Shown here in pieces: positions 1 through 10,218 of a stretch of 64,000 nucleotides of DNA (within the stretch, counting starts at the first letter, position 1; every line of letters begins with the position of its first letter). Source of the DNA: Fibrobacteria bacterium (GTDB lineage Bacteria; Fibrobacterota; Fibrobacteria; UBA11236; JADFYW01); assembly GCA_050294405.1 (NCBI GenBank), contig JBNKOC010000016.1, positions 192,001-256,000 on the forward strand, given 5' to 3'. The translations under genes and the position numbers were made by a program. The notes under the pieces are model-generated. The model was not told the origin of the DNA. It saw only the letters and a list, made by a program, of their open reading frames with translations, and searched no databases.

Positions 1-2
1 AA

Positions 3-1283
3 ATGGTTCCCAACGAAGCGGACCAATTTAACCATGGAGTTCAATCTGCCAGAGATGCCTGGGGGGGGAGTTTTTTTGTGGGCAGTGGAGCGGTGTTTCG
101 AAGAAAGGCCATGGAAGAAATCGGAGGCTTTAAATTAATGAGCATCACTGAGGATATACATACCAGCATGTATATCCATTCCAAAGGTTGGGAATCAGCT
201 TTTGTGAATAAAGATTTGGCCGTGGGGCTGACCGCCGAAAATTTATCTTCCTATATCATTCAGCGCCAGAGATGGATGCAAGGTTGTTTGCAAATCTTTT
301 TTAAAGACAACCCTCTTTTTAAAAAGGGGTTAAACTGGCGGTTAAGATTGGGATATTTTGGCTCCCTTTATTATTTCTTTTTTCCCTTACCAAAAATTGT
401 TTTCTGGGCGACACCGTTGTTCTACCTGTTTTTCCATTGGCATCCCATATTTTCCGAGGTTTCCGTTTTACTGGGATACTTAGTGCCCTATATGTTAATA
501 CTTCCATTAATTACAGCATCGTTAATACCCCGATGGCCCCGGGCCTTATTTGGTAGCCTTTATGAAAATATCATATTTATCCCCTTGTTTTTATCTTTGT
601 TTGAGATGCTGCTGCCCAAGTCTTTGGGATTTAAGGTTACCCCCAAGGGAATTCGAAGTGAAAAACGAAAATTTGATTGGGCTAGCAGTAAATGGACTTT
701 AATTGCCATTGGGATTTCTTTATTTGGAATTGCAAAGGGGCTGTTTGAGTTTTATTACTTTGATATTGAAAAAGACGCTTACTTCTTTAACATAAGCTGG
801 GCTTTATACAACTTATTATTCCTGGCCGCTTCTGTTATTATTGCCTGGGAAAGGCCTCAAAAAAGAGATGAAGAAAGAATTAAATTTTCCCTTCCCCTTA
901 AACTAAAAGATTCTGAGGGAAACGAAATTCAGGGAACACTTGTGGATATTAGCCTAAGCGGCGCTAATATTAAAATACCCAAGTCGGAAGTCAGCCCAAA
1001 GGATGTGACCTTGATTTTTCCCGATAATTGGGACTTAAAAATTAAGGCTCAAAAAATTCACACTAGCACAAATGGCATATGGGTAAAAAAAGAGGGTTTT
1101 CGCTTTTCAGATTTGGAAGCTCAACAAAGACATAAGCTTTTATTGAATAGCTTTGCGAATCCAGAATGTTGGGATGACATACATAAAAAACATACCCAAA
1201 ACAATTTGGTTTTGGCAGCCTGCTTTTTTATCGGATTGGTAAAAGGATTTTTCCCAGATAAAAAATCTATTGAAGTAAAATAA
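3..1283 (+). CDS. bcsA: Cellulose synthase catalytic subunit (GT2 + PilZ), 5'-truncated by window edge
   Basis: FFVGSGAVFRR, TED and QRQRW motifs, FKVTPK gating loop, TM helices, C-terminal PilZ motifs (KRDEER, DISLSG). Confidence 0.92.
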   Translation: MVPNEADQFNHGVQSARDAWGGSFFVGSGAVFRRKAMEEIGGFKLMSITEDIHTSMYIHSKGWESAFVNKDLAVGLTAENLSSYIIQRQRWMQGCLQIFFKDNPLFKKGLNWRLRLGYFGSLYYFFFPLPKIVFWATPLFYLFFHWHPIFSEVSVLLGYLVPYMLILPLITASLIPRWPRALFGSLYENIIFIPLFLSLFEMLLPKSLGFKVTPKGIRSEKRKFDWASSKWTLIAIGISLFGIAKGLFEFYYFDIEKDAYFFNISWALYNLLFLAASVIIAWERPQKRDEERIKFSLPLKLKDSEGNEIQGTLVDISLSGANIKIPKSEVSPKDVTLIFPDNWDLKIKAQKIHTSTNGIWVKKEGFRFSDLEAQQRHKLLLNSFANPECWDDIHKKHTQNNLVLAACFFIGLVKGFFPDKKSIEVK

Positions 1284-1284
1284 A

Positions 1285-3294
1285 ATGGCAAATGGTTTTT
1301 TATTTTCACGGCTGCTAATATTTTTATTGGTTCTTTCCAGTTTTTTAGAAGCGGCAGGGATTAAGGAATCCTGGTATTTAATGCGCGGCAAGAGCAATAT
1401 GAAAATAGGCAATTACAAAGCCGCTATTGAAGCTTATGAAAAAGCCGTTGAAATTAACCCAAAAAACAAGGAAGCCCAATTGAGCCTGGGCTTGGCTTAT
1501 GAGAAACAAGGTCTTATGGATAAGGCGGTTTCTCAATACGAACAGCTTTTGAAAATATTTAAAAAGGAGTACCAAACTGCATTTAAGCTGGGGGATGTTT
1601 TGCAGTGGAAACGCTATCAATATCGGAAAAAAGACGCCATAAAATATTATGAATGGGGACTTAAATACAAAAATGATTTAGGCTATCGATATAAATTAGC
1701 AAGGCTTTATTCGGCAAGTGATGAGAGCTTGACTGAGGCTATAAAGCACTACCAAATTATCTTAAAGGAAGATGGAAAAAATGCAAAACTATGGAAAGAA
1801 TACGCCATGTTATGGACCCGCCGTCCCGGAGACTATAAGCAGGCCATTAAAGCGTTTGAACAGGCGCTGGCGTTTTATCCCAATGATCATAATTTGCGGT
1901 ATGAATACGCCAATGCCCTTTCCCGCGATAGAGGAGAATATGAAAAGGCAAAGAAGGAATACCAAAAACTTTTAAGCCAAAGGCGCAGTTTAAAAGTATT
2001 AAAAGCCTATGGGAATCATTTGGCAAAGAAAAATTCCAATCGGGAAAAAGCTTTAGATGTATATGAAGAAATTTTAAATAAAGACCCGGGGGATACTAAC
2101 AGCCGTATAAAGTATGCTAATTTATTGGGCTCTCAAAAGAAAAATTCCAAAAAAGCCATAGCTGAATACAAAAAGGTTTTGCGCTCCGAACCCAGTAATG
2201 CCAAGGCGCATGCGGGGTTAGCCAGGATGTATGCATGGAACGAAGAACCTAAAAAGGCGAGGCAACACGCTTCTTTAGCCGCCAAGTATAACCCGGGAAG
2301 TTCAGAAATAAAAGAGTTGAAATCAGATTTGAATAAAGGCAGGGAACCTGAGGCTTACGGGAAACTGGAAAGCATATACCAACCTGGCGAGGGTTACGGC
2401 TTATTTGCAAACAGGTTTACTGGTAATATTCAGGTAGAGATAAATACAGAACTTTTATTATCTGCTCATGTAGGCGGAGAACAATTTGCTAATTCCAAGG
2501 ATGGCGAAGGTGGGATGTTATTGGGCCTGGAAGGACGGTATTTTGAAGATAAGGATACTGAAATAACCGGGTCAATAAATTTTCATAGCGCGCCAAAACT
2601 GGGAGATGGTTTGGAGTTTAAGTTTTCTTATTTAAAGCTTATGGGAAAGGGGAGTTGGGGGGCGGAAATTTCAAGGAATATTGTTTACGAATCTTATCTC
2701 TCCATAATAGGCGATACTACTTATTCTGCTCCCGGACAAGCGGCCCAAAGAGGAGGGGCGAGGGCTCAGTTCATTCGGGGCAACTTTTATTACCCTTTAA
2801 AAATAATTCAATTTGGTGGGCAATCCTCTTTAGGCTGGGTAAGCTCTATTGAACGGCCCAGTAACTTTACCGTAAATACATCTTTTTTCGGTCGGGCTCC
2901 CAAATTGCTGCAAAACAATAGTTTTGATGGAGGGCTGGGATATGAATTTTATTTTAGTCATTTTGCCACGGACAATTCGGGGCTTTCTGAAAATTTCCAG
3001 GAGCCTTATGGCGGAGGTTATTTTAGCCCTCAAGTGTTTTTGAGCCATGCCATTCCCATACTTATATCAGCGGATATATTTAATGGAAGATGCAATCTGG
3101 AAGTTGGACCAGTTTTTCAATTTGTGAATGACGCTTCTACAATTGGGGAATACGGCATAGGGCTTATGCTAAAATCAGATTATAAAAAAAGCTTTGCCAG
3201 GGATTATTTTGTAAGAGCAGGTGGGCAATTTAATCAAATTGCCACTGCTTATTCCCGCTTTTCCCTGTCAGTAGATGTTGGGAAAACTTTTTAG
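1285..3294 (+). CDS. bcsC: BcsC-like TPR protein with C-terminal outer-membrane beta-barrel (polysaccharide export)
   Basis: Signal peptide, many TPR repeats, GGGYFSPQ motif resembling the BcsC pore, terminal Phe; 1 bp downstream of bcsA. Confidence 0.72.
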   Translation: MANGFLFSRLLIFLLVLSSFLEAAGIKESWYLMRGKSNMKIGNYKAAIEAYEKAVEINPKNKEAQLSLGLAYEKQGLMDKAVSQYEQLLKIFKKEYQTAFKLGDVLQWKRYQYRKKDAIKYYEWGLKYKNDLGYRYKLARLYSASDESLTEAIKHYQIILKEDGKNAKLWKEYAMLWTRRPGDYKQAIKAFEQALAFYPNDHNLRYEYANALSRDRGEYEKAKKEYQKLLSQRRSLKVLKAYGNHLAKKNSNREKALDVYEEILNKDPGDTNSRIKYANLLGSQKKNSKKAIAEYKKVLRSEPSNAKAHAGLARMYAWNEEPKKARQHASLAAKYNPGSSEIKELKSDLNKGREPEAYGKLESIYQPGEGYGLFANRFTGNIQVEINTELLLSAHVGGEQFANSKDGEGGMLLGLEGRYFEDKDTEITGSINFHSAPKLGDGLEFKFSYLKLMGKGSWGAEISRNIVYESYLSIIGDTTYSAPGQAAQRGGARAQFIRGNFYYPLKIIQFGGQSSLGWVSSIERPSNFTVNTSFFGRAPKLLQNNSFDGGLGYEFYFSHFATDNSGLSENFQEPYGGGYFSPQVFLSHAIPILISADIFNGRCNLEVGPVFQFVNDASTIGEYGIGLMLKSDYKKSFARDYFVRAGGQFNQIATAYSRFSLSVDVGKTF

Positions 3295-3788
3295 GCGGGA
3301 GTGGAGGAAGGGCTGCTTTTTTCTCCTTCATCGGGTTTTCGCATATTTGCCCCAAATAAATAACCGATTATAGCGCCTAAAACACCTATAGCAGCCGTTA
3401 AAGCCTCTGTGCTGGGGCTTGCAATTACAATAAACATAGTGGCCTGAATTACAAGTATTAAGCCTGTGGCATTTACCACATTGTGGGCCGAACTACCGGT
3501 AACCATTTTCAAAAAGCCCAGGCAAATAATAAGCAGAACCGGAGTGGCTACGAAAATACCTTTGATAAGTTGGATACGATAGTGGGCAGGGGACATATAG
3601 GGGTCGCCAACATCTTCATAAACCTCAGCAGCAGCCTCCTCTGCATACTCGTCTGCGTTTTCAGGAGCTGGGACGTACTCTTCAATATGTTGATCTATTT
3701 CTTCAAGCAGGCCCTCAATTACATCCTGGGAATAGGAAAGGCTGGCCATTAAAAAAAACAAGCTGAAGCTGAGTATTAGTTTTAACAT
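3291..3788 (-). CDS. Hypothetical membrane protein (signal peptide, acidic segment, 3 TM helices)
   Basis: ORF with hydrophobic N-terminus and three C-terminal hydrophobic helices; GGAGG upstream. Confidence 0.7.
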   Translation of the reverse strand: MLKLILSFSLFFLMASLSYSQDVIEGLLEEIDQHIEEYVPAPENADEYAEEAAAEVYEDVGDPYMSPAHYRIQLIKGIFVATPVLLIICLGFLKMVTGSSAHNVVNATGLILVIQATMFIVIASPSTEALTAAIGVLGAIIGYLFGANMRKPDEGEKSSPSSTPA

Positions 3789-3790
3789 GA

Positions 3791-4132
3791 TTATTCATCC
3801 TCCTTTCCACAATCCCGGCTACGGATAGAATCGGTTAATTCAAGAATTAGAACTTCGTAATAAGAAAGGGTTTCTTTGCTTTTGGTGGTATCCATTTTGT
3901 CCAGCATTTTTTGACGCAGCTTTGAACGGGCCTCACAACTGAGGGTATCTATGGTTTCCCGAAATTTTAATACATAACTTGGAGTTTTTGTTTCTTTGGG
4001 TTTAGAAACAGGCGCGGGGCTTTTTCTGGTTTTTCTTTCTCCGAAATCTATTAGCTCTGCGCTAAAGCTTTTCCCCAGACACATCAATATGAATCCAAAG
4101 AACATAATTTTTGAAAAATGAGATAAAGTCAT
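3791..4132 (-). CDS. Hypothetical secreted protein
   Basis: Signal-peptide-like N-terminus, GAGGT RBS, adjacent to 3291..3788. Confidence 0.65.
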   Translation of the reverse strand: MTLSHFSKIMFFGFILMCLGKSFSAELIDFGERKTRKSPAPVSKPKETKTPSYVLKFRETIDTLSCEARSKLRQKMLDKMDTTKSKETLSYYEVLILELTDSIRSRDCGKEDE

Positions 4133-4262
4133 AAAAACCTCGTTAAAATTTCAGGTTCACTGCAATTTGATTGTTTACTCAATTTAATTTTTTTTTGGGA
4201 CTGTTGAGATTTTTTAGAAAGTATTACTTTTTTTATTTGGATTTAACTCACTAGAGGTGGTT

Positions 4263-5357
4263 GTGCAAATAGATTTTCATCATGCAGTTACATATGTGGT
4301 GTCTCGCCTAGCTGGATTTAGCTACGATGAGGCTAATATTATTGCCTATTCTTCTCAGTACGTGGACGACGCCACCAATGCCGGAAAGATAGAGTTTAGC
4401 AATGGCGCTGGTTATGAGCGTATCAGCTCAGCCCATAAAATGTTGGATTACCGCAACTTTAAAGAACTAGCAAACCATCAAGTTTGGGTTCCTTTTCATT
4501 TTTTACCTGGAAATGGAATGATGCCAGCCGGGGAAAACCCGGATGGTTCTTTTATTCAAAAATTAGTTTGCAGACCAAACAGCCCTATTGCCCAAGATGT
4601 GGTACGCAGTTGCATTGATGAAAATTATCGGCCTTATGCCCTCCACCGCTTGGGAATTACCATGCATGTGTATGCCGATACCTGGGCTCATCAAAATTTT
4701 GCTGGAGTATGCCATACGGTAAACGAAGTTATAGACTTGGAAGATAATGATCCCAATAGCGATGGGATAGCAAACAGGTTGAGAAATTTTTTCGGTGACG
4801 CTTTTGAGAGTTTGCAATCCCGGACTCTGGATTCTTTTCCATTGGGCCATGGCGCCGCTTTAACCCATCCCGATATGCCCTTTTTAAAATGGAATTACCA
4901 TAACGGATTGGGAGAGCGTATTGTGCGAGACAATACTCGTGACTTTTTAGAAGCCATCGAACATATGTTTGTCGCTATGAAGCGTTTCCAAGCGGGTAAT
5001 TCCAGTTTAGAGGTAAAGGAAAAAATTGGAGAAAAAGACTTTAAGCAAATAGAATCCAATTTTCTTCAGTTTATCGATAGAGATGGCGAAAAAAGGGAAG
5101 AACTTTGGATTGAATCTATTTCCAAAGGTGATTTTAGTTTTGGTTCTGAATACATAGGCTATATTCCCAAAGGTATAAACTCCTGGAAATACGTAGCCCT
5201 TGAAGATAAGGACCATATTCAAAAGAAGGATAACAAATACAGTTACAGCAGCGAGTTTTTGAAATCCGACTGGAAGCTGTTCCACGATGCAATTCAAGTG
5301 CACCGAATTCGGGTTTTGCGGGATATTTTGCCGGATTATGGTATTTGCTGCGCTTAG
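4263..5357 (+). CDS. DUF6765-like protein (His-rich, possible Zn phospholipase C/P1-nuclease-like fold)
   Basis: QIDFHH N-terminus, PFHFLPG and HVYADTWAH motifs; GTG start at 4263 after GAGGT. Confidence 0.6.
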   Translation: MQIDFHHAVTYVVSRLAGFSYDEANIIAYSSQYVDDATNAGKIEFSNGAGYERISSAHKMLDYRNFKELANHQVWVPFHFLPGNGMMPAGENPDGSFIQKLVCRPNSPIAQDVVRSCIDENYRPYALHRLGITMHVYADTWAHQNFAGVCHTVNEVIDLEDNDPNSDGIANRLRNFFGDAFESLQSRTLDSFPLGHGAALTHPDMPFLKWNYHNGLGERIVRDNTRDFLEAIEHMFVAMKRFQAGNSSLEVKEKIGEKDFKQIESNFLQFIDRDGEKREELWIESISKGDFSFGSEYIGYIPKGINSWKYVALEDKDHIQKKDNKYSYSSEFLKSDWKLFHDAIQVHRIRVLRDILPDYGICCA

Positions 5358-5425
5358 TCCTTAAGCCGGAAGTTATTTGGACTTTTTGATATGCAAACTA
5401 TGCATGGGATCAATATCTTAAGTAT

Positions 5426-5452
5426 AAAAAAAGGCTCAAATGAGCCTTTTTT
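5426..5452. terminator. Bidirectional rho-independent terminator
   Basis: AAAAAAAGGCTCA-AA-TGAGCCTTTTTT between convergent genes. Confidence 0.85.
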
Positions 5453-5478
5453 GAATTAAATTAATTTTTCCAGGAAAA

Positions 5479-5886
5479 CTAGGCTCTTTTAAACCAGGGG
5501 TGGGCTAAAATGGCTCCGATTATGTACAGAACAAGGGCTGCAATGGTTAAATAATAAAACATCATTCCCGAACCCTGAGAGGTGCCGCCGCCTCGAAGAC
5601 CATTGGTAAACATGTCCACAATAATATGGCCTCCATGGGTAAATACTCCCATTATCAACATAGACCACCAAGCCCATTTTTCTTTATTTTGAAAAGGCTT
5701 TGTGGTAATTAGAATAAAGAAAAGGGTAAAGCCTAAATAGTAAGCAAGTCCTGTTAATTGGTGGAATTGGGCGTGGTGGGGCCAATCTTCTTTAAAATGC
5801 CGGAGGCAGCCCCGGGTTTCCAAAACAGCAAAAGTCAAGGCGATAGCCCTACATATCCATAATCCAATTTTGGTTTTGATGTCCAT
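5479..5886 (-). CDS. Small 4-TM membrane protein (DUF6640-like)
   Basis: WPHHAQFH motif, four hydrophobic segments; last gene of the GMC operon. Confidence 0.6.
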   Translation of the reverse strand: MDIKTKIGLWICRAIALTFAVLETRGCLRHFKEDWPHHAQFHQLTGLAYYLGFTLFFILITTKPFQNKEKWAWWSMLIMGVFTHGGHIIVDMFTNGLRGGGTSQGSGMMFYYLTIAALVLYIIGAILAHPWFKRA

Positions 5887-5893
5887 ATCACTC

Positions 5894-7039
5894 CTATCCA
5901 GCTACGTTAAGTGGATCACTATGCGTTGCGCTGTTTTTTTGTTTTTTATGTTTGTCTAAAAATTGAACCAATCTGGGAAAAATATCCAAGTGGTTGGTTT
6001 TGCCCATAAATACATCCTGATGACCGTAATTATCAAAAACATGTAACTCATGACGCCCAGGAACAATTTTTTCCAGGCGCCTATGGCATTCAATATTTGA
6101 ATCGGTAAAAACGTAGTTGTTTTTGCCTGTCATAAATAATACAGGTGTTTCAATTTCTTCGGCGTATTCGAAATAATTATTAGGCAGGGAAGCGTATTTT
6201 GAATCATCTTCCTTGTATTTAACAGCAGTATTGTTATTGCGCACCATTTTAAGAACATGGCGGTAATAATTCATACTGGTTCCTCCGTATAAATCGCCTC
6301 CCCGTTTGTGGGTTACATCGTGCAAATTGTCGTGGCTATACAATGCAGGCCAACCTGTTCCCCAGAGCAAACTTAACATATGGCAGGCTGGCACATCGCA
6401 CTCCCGGTGAAATAAAGAATTGATTTTGCTAAAGATTTTTCCTCTGGAAAGAAAAGGATCCTCGGACCACATTGGATTTAGATATGTTATTCCCAAAACC
6501 TTTTCCACCATAAAGGGCGCCATGGACAATTTTATTTTAGACCAAGTGGGTACCCGGGGGGTTAAAGCCACACTGTTGGCAATAACACTTTTTATACCCG
6601 TAATGGCTTTTCCAAACAGACTCATCATAAAAGAAGCTGAACCAAGACAGTGGCATATGACGTGGATATTTTTGTCACCAACCATCTCTCTTAAAACCTT
6701 TAAGGCTGCGGGGTAATCGTTCATGGCGATGTCATCCATATTGTAATTGTGCAGGGATAAGTTGTAATTATGCCTGTTGCTCATGCGAAAATCCAGGCAA
6801 AAAACATCTTTATAACCGTTGTCGTGGAGGAATTTTACAAGATTATAATGTTCGGGCATTATAAACATATCCGTGGAAGTGGTTAACCCATGTATTATTA
6901 CCACGATATCATCGGATTCGTCTTGTTTAAACCTTTGGAAACTGAGGCCAAGTTTATCCTCGGTGTTAAACGGGATATTTTCGATGGCACAGTCGGGGAC
7001 TCCCTCGGTAGTGTATAAGGGTATTTCTCTTTGATACAT
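5894..7039 (-). CDS. Alpha/beta hydrolase with Cys nucleophile, of the type associated with cholesterol-oxidase-like GMC enzymes
   Basis: IHGL oxyanion motif, CHCLG nucleophile elbow, YGHQD catalytic His. Confidence 0.8.
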   Translation of the reverse strand: MYQREIPLYTTEGVPDCAIENIPFNTEDKLGLSFQRFKQDESDDIVVIIHGLTTSTDMFIMPEHYNLVKFLHDNGYKDVFCLDFRMSNRHNYNLSLHNYNMDDIAMNDYPAALKVLREMVGDKNIHVICHCLGSASFMMSLFGKAITGIKSVIANSVALTPRVPTWSKIKLSMAPFMVEKVLGITYLNPMWSEDPFLSRGKIFSKINSLFHRECDVPACHMLSLLWGTGWPALYSHDNLHDVTHKRGGDLYGGTSMNYYRHVLKMVRNNNTAVKYKEDDSKYASLPNNYFEYAEEIETPVLFMTGKNNYVFTDSNIECHRRLEKIVPGRHELHVFDNYGHQDVFMGKTNHLDIFPRLVQFLDKHKKQKNSATHSDPLNVAG

Positions 7040-7051
7040 GCTTCCTCCGGA

Positions 7052-9394
7052 TTAAGTATAAATTTCCAGAACTTCTTTACTGAAAAAAGCCGAAAAAGTA
7101 GCAACGGCTTTTGCCTTGTCTTTTAGCCCTTTTGCATTTACGGCTTGAACAGTAGTAATTTGCTTCATAAAATCTGCTGGGGCTATTTTGAGGATGCCTT
7201 TGCCCACCACGGTTTTTTTGTCCTCTTCAAAAACAGTAATATAAAGAGTGGTAGTATCCTCCCACATATCAAAACCTTTATCGTCCCGTACTACTTTATA
7301 CCCATCAAAGAAAAACTCTTTGCCTTCGGCAGAATGCAAAGTCATTTTGTATTTCATATAGCGGGTGTTGGGATCTTTTTCGTCTTTAACAAACAGTTGA
7401 AAAAGTCCATCACTGGCAGTTAAAGGCTCTGGAGACAGGGAAGGCGCAATTACTGTTCCCAAAATGGAGGCTCGATGCCCAGGTTCAGACACCATCTTTT
7501 CCACATCTCGAGAAACAATAGTTAAAACAAATTCAAAATATCCTTTTTCGGGGCTGGCTTTGCCCAATTCAAAGCCTTTTGAAAAATCTGATTTTTCATC
7601 GGCAGAAAAATAGCCCTTCATTTTTTCTGTAAATTTGACTCCCAGTTTTTGGCTAGTAGTATCGAATTTGGCATCGGTATGGGTAAAATCGTAATTAAAG
7701 CTTTTGCCATAGTCCTGGGCAATATGTTCGCAGATCCGCTCGGATAAAGCGCAAATAGTCAACAAAGGGTTTACCCCCAAACTTCTGGGTATAATGGCAC
7801 CATCACTAACATAAAGCCCTTCATATACATCCGTTCCCTCGGAATCACAAAACACCTGGCCTTTGTGGTTGACCACTCCATCGCTGGCGCTTTGAGCCAT
7901 AGGGCATCCTCCTAAAGGATGAACCGTAACTAATTGATTATTTAGCAATTCATTGGTGATGGGGTTTTTAACAAAGGTGCCTCCCAAAGCCTTGGCGGCA
8001 TTTTCCATAGCCCGGTTATCTCTTTTTACAAATTGGCGATCTCCCACCCTTGGCCATTTAACACGAACCCTATCTTTTTCTAATACGAGTTCGCCATCGC
8101 TTCCGTCATGGGACATAATCAAATAGGTCTGCGTATTATCCACAGCACCTTTGTATGGACCCATTAAAAGGCCAAGGCTTTCCCTCCATTTTTCCTGGAG
8201 CCGGTCTTTAAATCCAGAATCGGTATCTTTGCCCACAGCCTTGGCTCCAGCGGCAAAAGCCCCTGCTAACATTTTTCCCAGGGCGCCGGGAATAGAACCT
8301 TCTTCTAATACAAAACCCTCTTCAATGGCTGGAGATTTTCGAGCGTCAATAACAGAACTGATACATGGTCCTACAGCGTCCATAGATTCAGGTTCTTTGT
8401 CGCCAAATCCAATTCCGTTTATTTCCTCATCGGCATTGTAACAAAAACCCAGGATGTCACCGTTGCCTGTAAATTTTTTACCCAATTGGGAAGAAGTATT
8501 TAGACCATGTTGTCGGCTACGCAGGAGTATTTCTGTGCTACCTAATGTTCCTGCGGACACAACCACTAATTTCGCACTCACCGATAGGGGAGGGGCCTTA
8601 AACTTTTCCCTTCCGGCAGCGGCAGGTTGAAAATGAACAATCCAGTTTCCTCCAGCTTTTTCCACATAGTGCACATTTGCCTGGCAAAAAATTTCGGCGC
8701 CATGGTTTTTTGCATCTGGAAGGTAATTCATTTGAGTAGTATTTTTGGAAGTGTGGTTGCAGCCTGTAACACAATCTCCACATAATACACAAGCTTTTTG
8801 AGAAACCCCAACATGGTTCACCTTATCTTCGAAGTTTACATTGATAGGTGTTTTTTTAAACTCCAAGTGACTCCATTCAGAGTCTTGCTTTAGGAATTGG
8901 GAAGACTTTTCGTGGGCCGCCAGCTTTTTAAGACTGTTTATTTCACCGGGATAGGGGTTAGCTTTAAGCATGTCACGGGCGATATTGTAGTATTTTTCGA
9001 ATTCCTGGGCATTGCCTCTGATTTCAGAGGGCCAGCTTTTATCCTGCAGTATTCTTGTATCGGCTTCGAGGGATACATTGGCATTTACAAGGCTGGTGCC
9101 GCCTAATCCACATCCCTGAAATACATTTACTTCTTTATTTACTCTAAAATCATAAAGCCCAGTGGGGTTACCCACGTGGCCAAACTCAGTGTCTGCCTGC
9201 ATTTCCCGGGTGGATTCTTCTAAGGTATCGGGAAATTCACCGGGGAGAAATTCTTTACCTCTTTCCAACAGGGCTACGGAAAACCCTGCTCTGGATAGTC
9301 TGGAAGCAGAAATGGAGCCACCATATCCAGAGCCAATAACCACAACATCGTAATGACTTTTTATTTTTTCCAAAGGTGTGGACAACCTTTTCAT
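7052..9394 (-). CDS. GMC oxidoreductase (cholesterol oxidase-like)
   Basis: GSGYGG FAD motif, GCGLGGTSLVNANV, CxxCxxCxxxC, VHPLGG, GVNPLLTI. Confidence 0.88.
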   Translation of the reverse strand: MKRLSTPLEKIKSHYDVVVIGSGYGGSISASRLSRAGFSVALLERGKEFLPGEFPDTLEESTREMQADTEFGHVGNPTGLYDFRVNKEVNVFQGCGLGGTSLVNANVSLEADTRILQDKSWPSEIRGNAQEFEKYYNIARDMLKANPYPGEINSLKKLAAHEKSSQFLKQDSEWSHLEFKKTPINVNFEDKVNHVGVSQKACVLCGDCVTGCNHTSKNTTQMNYLPDAKNHGAEIFCQANVHYVEKAGGNWIVHFQPAAAGREKFKAPPLSVSAKLVVVSAGTLGSTEILLRSRQHGLNTSSQLGKKFTGNGDILGFCYNADEEINGIGFGDKEPESMDAVGPCISSVIDARKSPAIEEGFVLEEGSIPGALGKMLAGAFAAGAKAVGKDTDSGFKDRLQEKWRESLGLLMGPYKGAVDNTQTYLIMSHDGSDGELVLEKDRVRVKWPRVGDRQFVKRDNRAMENAAKALGGTFVKNPITNELLNNQLVTVHPLGGCPMAQSASDGVVNHKGQVFCDSEGTDVYEGLYVSDGAIIPRSLGVNPLLTICALSERICEHIAQDYGKSFNYDFTHTDAKFDTTSQKLGVKFTEKMKGYFSADEKSDFSKGFELGKASPEKGYFEFVLTIVSRDVEKMVSEPGHRASILGTVIAPSLSPEPLTASDGLFQLFVKDEKDPNTRYMKYKMTLHSAEGKEFFFDGYKVVRDDKGFDMWEDTTTLYITVFEEDKKTVVGKGILKIAPADFMKQITTVQAVNAKGLKDKAKAVATFSAFFSKEVLEIYT

Positions 9395-9462
9395 GAATCC
9401 TCCAGAGGTGAAAAGACAAAAAGTTCAAAAAATTAAAAGTATGTGGCAATAAAAAAAGCAGT

Positions 9463-10194
9463 TTATTTTTCGGGCTTTTGCAAAAGGATAAGTGAAGATT
9501 CTTTAAATGGAATAATATCTGTAAAAAGAAATCCTTTAAAACATTGCATAATTGTTTGCAAGGACCAGGAATGCAAATAGAAGAAATGCTTTTTATCCAT
9601 GTTTAAAACCGGAGTGAGTATGAAATATCCTCCTGGTTTGAGAGCTCTATTTATATTGGCAAAAGTTTTTTCCAGCTTGGATTTATCCACAATATGCTGG
9701 ATGACATCAATTAGAAGAATAAAATCGAACTCACCCTCAAGTTCTTCTACAGAAATATCTTGCTGGATTAAATGAATACCAGGATATTCGCTTTCGAATT
9801 TTTCAAAGAAGCTGTTGGTAATATCCACACCGGTGTAATCTTTAGCGCCGTTATTGAATAATATTTTGGTATAAAAGCCATTTCCCAGCCCAATTTCCAA
9901 AATTTTAAGGCTTGCAAAATCAAGCTGGTGTTTTTGGCTTAAGGATAGGAATTTATCCCTGCAGGCGTTGTAATAGGCAACATTTTCTTCTTCATTAAGT
10001 GCCTCATCTCCCGGGGCCAGATGATCCTGATGGAATTTGGTAAACCTGTCATCCCAATATTTTTTAGCCTGGTAATCGCTGCCTTTTCCATATTTGAGGG
10101 GGCCCAATGTGTATTTATAAAGGACCCTTTTTACCATTCCAAGGGGGTTTCGTTTAAATCGAGTGGAAATTTCCTTAAAACTGTTTACATCCAT
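9463..10194 (-). CDS. Class I SAM-dependent methyltransferase
   Basis: ILEIGLGNG motif I, GVDI, LKPGG. Confidence 0.85.
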   Translation of the reverse strand: MDVNSFKEISTRFKRNPLGMVKRVLYKYTLGPLKYGKGSDYQAKKYWDDRFTKFHQDHLAPGDEALNEEENVAYYNACRDKFLSLSQKHQLDFASLKILEIGLGNGFYTKILFNNGAKDYTGVDITNSFFEKFESEYPGIHLIQQDISVEELEGEFDFILLIDVIQHIVDKSKLEKTFANINRALKPGGYFILTPVLNMDKKHFFYLHSWSLQTIMQCFKGFLFTDIIPFKESSLILLQKPEK

Positions 10195-10218
10195 GCTGGA
10201 GGTTAATTTAAATAAAAC

